A stretch of 64,000 nucleotides of DNA. Origin: Hyaloraphidium curvatum SAG 235-1. Its lineage: Eukaryota > Fungi > Monoblepharomycota. Location of the stretch: the NCBI GenBank assembly GCA_025558095.1, contig JAIVFI010000011.1:248001-312000 (forward strand), in the 5' to 3' direction. The position numbers were made by a program, and so were the translations under genes. The notes beneath the pieces are model-generated. The model made no database searches. It was not told the origin of the DNA and saw only the letters and a program-made list of their open reading frames with translations. Positions 60,191 through 64,000 of the stretch are shown one piece after another. Every line of letters starts with the position of its first letter. Position 1 is the first letter of the stretch.

Positions 60191-61123
60191 ATGTCTGATT
60201 TCGACCTGGGAACCGTGGCCGTCGGGGGCTACACTGGTCGGCCTGTGGACCACCTACCCGACGATTCAAACCGCTGGGCCAATTATCTCTCGACGGGGAG
60301 CCTGGCGGAGCTCGAAAAGCAGTTGCAGGCCAATGGGACGTTCAGACACCTGGACTTGGTCCTGCAGACCGGCGGAGGACGTCTGGTGAACGGGAAGCTA
60401 GAGCGTTGGCCGGACGTCGTCAACCCATTGGTCGTTGCCGCGGATTGTCGCGAAGGAGACGGAGCCGCCAGCTGCAAAATCAGGTGGAACTCCAACATTG
60501 GAAGACAGCTCTCCGCGGCGCGCCGGGCAGCTGGAATGAGCGAGATCGAGGTTGACGGCTTCGTGAACGTCCCGTTCAACCACATCGCCTACCGTTGCGT
60601 CTACAGCGGCGAGAAACTGAAGCTGGCGATGCAGCTCTCGCACCTCACACCATGCTACGACAATCTACTCGTCGAAGAGTTCAACCTTCCCGTGGATTCT
60701 CAGATCATGGTCGCGGTGCAGGAGCTGCCCGAGTTCAACATGTCTCGACATCTCTGCCGAAACTTCGTTACCATGTGGACGAAGCCTAACGGGCAACTGA
60801 TAACCGCCGCTGAGGTGCAGACCTTCACGGACCTTTCGCTGTGCAACCATGTGCTCTACGGCGCGCCCTGCTTCCGGCAACCTCCTCACGTCCTCCCCGT
60901 AAAACCGATCCCTCGGCCGCTTAGTGTGGATACCCGAGGCGTGCGAGCGGCCCTTCTGACGAGCCCGGAACGAGCAGCCGTAGAAACGGCGAAGAGAAAG
61001 TCGCGCAAGGCACTTACTTTGGAGGATCTGAGGAAAATCGTGACGGACGTGGCGCGCAAGGGGAGCGACCAGGGGAACGGGGTGACGGAGAAGAACAACC
61101 AACCAGATCAGAATCTGTCGTGA
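60191..61123 (+). CDS. His-Me finger (His-Cys box-like) endonuclease; may continue by splicing at 61120
   Basis: NHIAY...MQLSHL...QELPEFNMSRHLC...CNH....PCF; a GTGAGT donor overlaps the stop codon. Confidence 0.7.
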   Translation: MSDFDLGTVAVGGYTGRPVDHLPDDSNRWANYLSTGSLAELEKQLQANGTFRHLDLVLQTGGGRLVNGKLERWPDVVNPLVVAADCREGDGAASCKIRWNSNIGRQLSAARRAAGMSEIEVDGFVNVPFNHIAYRCVYSGEKLKLAMQLSHLTPCYDNLLVEEFNLPVDSQIMVAVQELPEFNMSRHLCRNFVTMWTKPNGQLITAAEVQTFTDLSLCNHVLYGAPCFRQPPHVLPVKPIPRPLSVDTRGVRAALLTSPERAAVETAKRKSRKALTLEDLRKIVTDVARKGSDQGNGVTEKNNQPDQNLS

Positions 61124-61172
61124 GTTTCCTCTTCATCTCGAGCTCTGCACGATGCCACTGACGCACGACAAG

Positions 61173-64000
61173 ACTGGTACCGCAGCTGCCGGCCCCTCAG
61201 CTCCAGGAGCCCGTGGAAACATCTGGGTCCGCAAAGCGGAAGCTGCTTTTCGCGGACGACAACGGAAGTGATGGCGACACGGAGAATCTGTGAGCATTCT
61301 ATTCACACCCGAGCTTCTGCCCCTGCTAACCGGCGCAAAGGCCTGCGCTCCAGCGGCCCGGCAAGAAGGCCATCGTCGTCGGCAGCGACCCCTCGCAGCT
61401 GACCTTTGGCCAGCACCGAGGAACCGTACGCATCCCATCCGACGGTGTACGGTAATTCAATCCGCTGACATCCGCGAATTCAGTCGCCCCGCACAGGGAC
61501 CAGAACGACGGCCTCGAAGGGCTGTCGATGTCCTTCTCGCACTCGTCATACGGCGTCAACAGCATCCTCTACTTCCCCGAGCTCAGGGCGTGCGTGCATT
61601 TGCCCGATTGATTGTCCCTTTTGCTGACCGCCATTCGCCGCCAGGTACGCCGTCGTCCCCCCTGGCGGATTCGTCCTCTTCCAAGGCCGGTTCTTCCACA
61701 TCCCAATGTGGGAGCTGGACGAGAAGATCTGGGGCGGGAAGAAGCGCACGCAGAAGCTTTTCCGCTCTACTTTCATCTCGTACCGTCAGCAGACCTTCCT
61801 GGAGAAGCACAAGGTGCTGCGCGGTTCCGCGCTCCACTATGGATGGTGAGTTACCGCGATGCATCCGCAGTTTACGATGCTCATCACCGGGCCGATGCCA
61901 CCCAGGACGGTCCCCATGGACTCCATGCTGCCGTCGCAGACGATGCTCCGCTTCGAAGCAGCCTTCCGCTCGGCCTGGGAGGAGGTCAACATGGGTAACT
62001 GGGACGAGGCAGTCTTTGACGTGCCCGGAATCCTAAGCCACGTCGCCCTGAAGGGCGCGGTCCTGCCCGACCCCGAAGTGTCGCTCAACATCGACCCCAA
62101 GACCAGGGAGCCGGAGCCCGTGCGCTGGGTGCCGCCCAAGAAGACTTACATTCGCTTTGCCGAGCCGGGTAAGGTTCCCAAAGGACCTGTCCCGTTCGGC
62201 AAGCGGGCCGAGGACCTGATGGTGGTGTACGCGCCGCGGTCCAAGACGATCGAGGACCGCGATGCGGACCTGCTCAAGGCCGCGGTGGAGAGCGACTGCA
62301 CGTGGGTGCAAGGTGCGGTCCTGCAGGACATCAAGAACACCAGGAACAAGTCGCTCGGTGAGTCGGCGCATTCCCCGTTCTCGTGCTCGGCGGAAAGGCT
62401 CACCTCGCGCGCGCGCGCTCGGTCCAGAGTCACTCGACCCCAAGTACTACGAGCGGCTTGCGATCGCGACGGAGACTCTCCGGCTCTATGCGCCGGGCGC
62501 GGTCAGCTGCCAGAAGATCCGTGATCAGGAGCAGGTTCGTGCGAGGCGGACTCTGTGGGGCGGTCGTCACCTCACCCTTCCTTGCCGCGACCAGGTCACG
62601 CACACGAAATTGGCCGGAGACGTGCTCTTCAAGGCCGTTTTGGGCCAGAGCATGTTTGAAGACGACGCCGAGCCGAACGACGGGCCGCTGGAAGCCGCGG
62701 CGGCGCGCGGATCGGAGCCGGTTGAGGCCGCGGCGCCCGGGGGAGCCGCGGCCTCGGACGGACTCGATGCGGGCACCGGCGACGACCAGCGGGACGAGGA
62801 GATGCAGGAACGCGACGCCGAATGCGGCGGCGAGGCGTGCGAGGGTGCCGGCGGGGAGACGGCGGGAGCGGGTGATGCGGAGGATCGTGGGGATGTGGCT
62901 CGAGTTGGAGTGGCTGAGGACGCGCGCTCCGACGGCAACTCGGAAGATGCGCATGACGCCGGCGCCCGCGAGCAGGAAGCCGGCGCCATCGACGTGGAAT
63001 CGGACGCCGGGGAGCAGGGCGGCGCGCGTTCGGATGCCGAGGAGCCGGGCGCGGGTGCGGAGGGCGCCGAGGACGCCGACGACGCCGCCACCGAGGGCGG
63101 CGGCGCCGAGGACATTGAAGCCGGCGCCGTCACGGACGACGACGGCGCGGAGGACGAGGATGACGAGGAGGACGCAGAGGACGACGACGATGCCGACCAG
63201 GCGTCCGAGTTCGACCCCGCGCAGGACTCGGAGGAGGACGAGCCGCTGGACCCGGACGGAGCCGACAAGGACTTGGCATCGGAGGACGGGGACGCTCGGG
63301 ACGGAGCCGCGCCGGACTCGGGCGCCCCTGAGGGTGCGGCGGGCGCGTCGGGCAAATCGCCGCAGCCGCCTGCCCCCGCCATGGACCCCAAGCTCGCCAA
63401 GAAGCAGCTGGCCAAGGATGCCAGGGACAGGAACCAGGCCCAGCTGGGAATGGTACCGCTGATCAACGCCGAGGCCGCCCAGGACGTGTGCGTGACCATC
63501 AGCGACCAGCTGTACCCCTCGCCCGACGCGGAGGAGCAGATGAAGTTGCTCCGGCGGACCGAGCACCCTGGAAGCTCTTCCATCCCTCGATTGGCCGCTG
63601 GCCAGGGGACAGAGCAAGACCCCGTGCTGCTTTTGAGGGACCTCGCGGAGATCGCCCGCCAAGCCCGTCGCACGTCAACTGCACTGACGTCGAACGCCGC
63701 GATCGGGCACCTCCTGCGCGCATACGTTGTCTGTGTCCTCGCGCACATGTACGACCTCGTGGACCAACTCGCGGAGGTCATCGTGAAGCACGATGGCTCC
63801 ACGATTCTCGATGCGACGAGCATCACGTCGGGAGACTTCTCTGGTCACGATCTCGTCGTGCTGGCCGAGCAGACGCGGTCGGCCATTGCGCGCATCGATG
63901 CATCGGAAGACTTTGAGCAGCACCTGAACAAGCTCCACCGGACGTTCCCGCTGCTCTTCTCTGTCCCCGCCCACCAGGAGGCCAAGGCTGCGGAGACGTT
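61173..64000 (+). CDS. Multi-exon protein with TET/JBP-like 2OG-Fe(II) dioxygenase domain, acidic linker and helical region; runs off the window
   Basis: After removing intron 61590-61644 it reads APHRDQNDGLEG...ILYFPELRAYAVVPPGGFVLFQGRFFH...FRSTFISY (HxD 61492-61500, distal H 61697, R 61763). Intron 61846-61905 and one near 62.36-62.43 kb keep the frame open. Confidence 0.7.

Noticed and set aside
62383-63826. ORFs 62383-63462 (+), 62430-63662 (-) and 62567-63826 (-)
   Set aside because: Alternative frames of the acidic plus-strand exon that runs off the window end.

Overview
High-GC eukaryotic DNA with short (about 47-66 nt) GT/GC-AG introns carrying CTRAC/CTRAT-like branch points. The gene set fits an early-diverging (chytrid-like) fungus; this taxonomy is inference. 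Positions 1-36.8 kb and 45.6-49.0 kb are compact host genes: Clr2-like, USP, GH16 Crh, TPS2, DDRGK1-like, DUF1769, MSH6, ABCF, APC5, mitochondrial L34, an SDR and an O-fucosyltransferase-like gene. The main result is an approximately 8.6-kb TA-flanked element (about 36937-45539) inserted between two divergent host genes. Its separate ORFs join through five phase-consistent introns into one uninterrupted 2,697-aa reading frame. This frame has an IS630/Tc1-mariner DDE transposase at the N-terminus and a Fanzor (eukaryotic TnpB-like RNA-guided nuclease; RuvC D/E/D plus CxxC-CxxC) at the C-terminus. It is followed by a hairpin-rich candidate omega-RNA at the right end. From about 49.1 kb to the window end is an accessory region. 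It holds an intron-containing tRNA-Gly, a frameshifted integrase-core fragment, a decayed Crypton-type tyrosine recombinase, joined host-gene fragments, two divergent paralogous His-Me finger endonucleases, and a TET/JBP-like 2OG-Fe(II) dioxygenase that is hidden by introns and possibly spliced to one endonuclease. All family calls come from reading motifs by eye; no database search was run.
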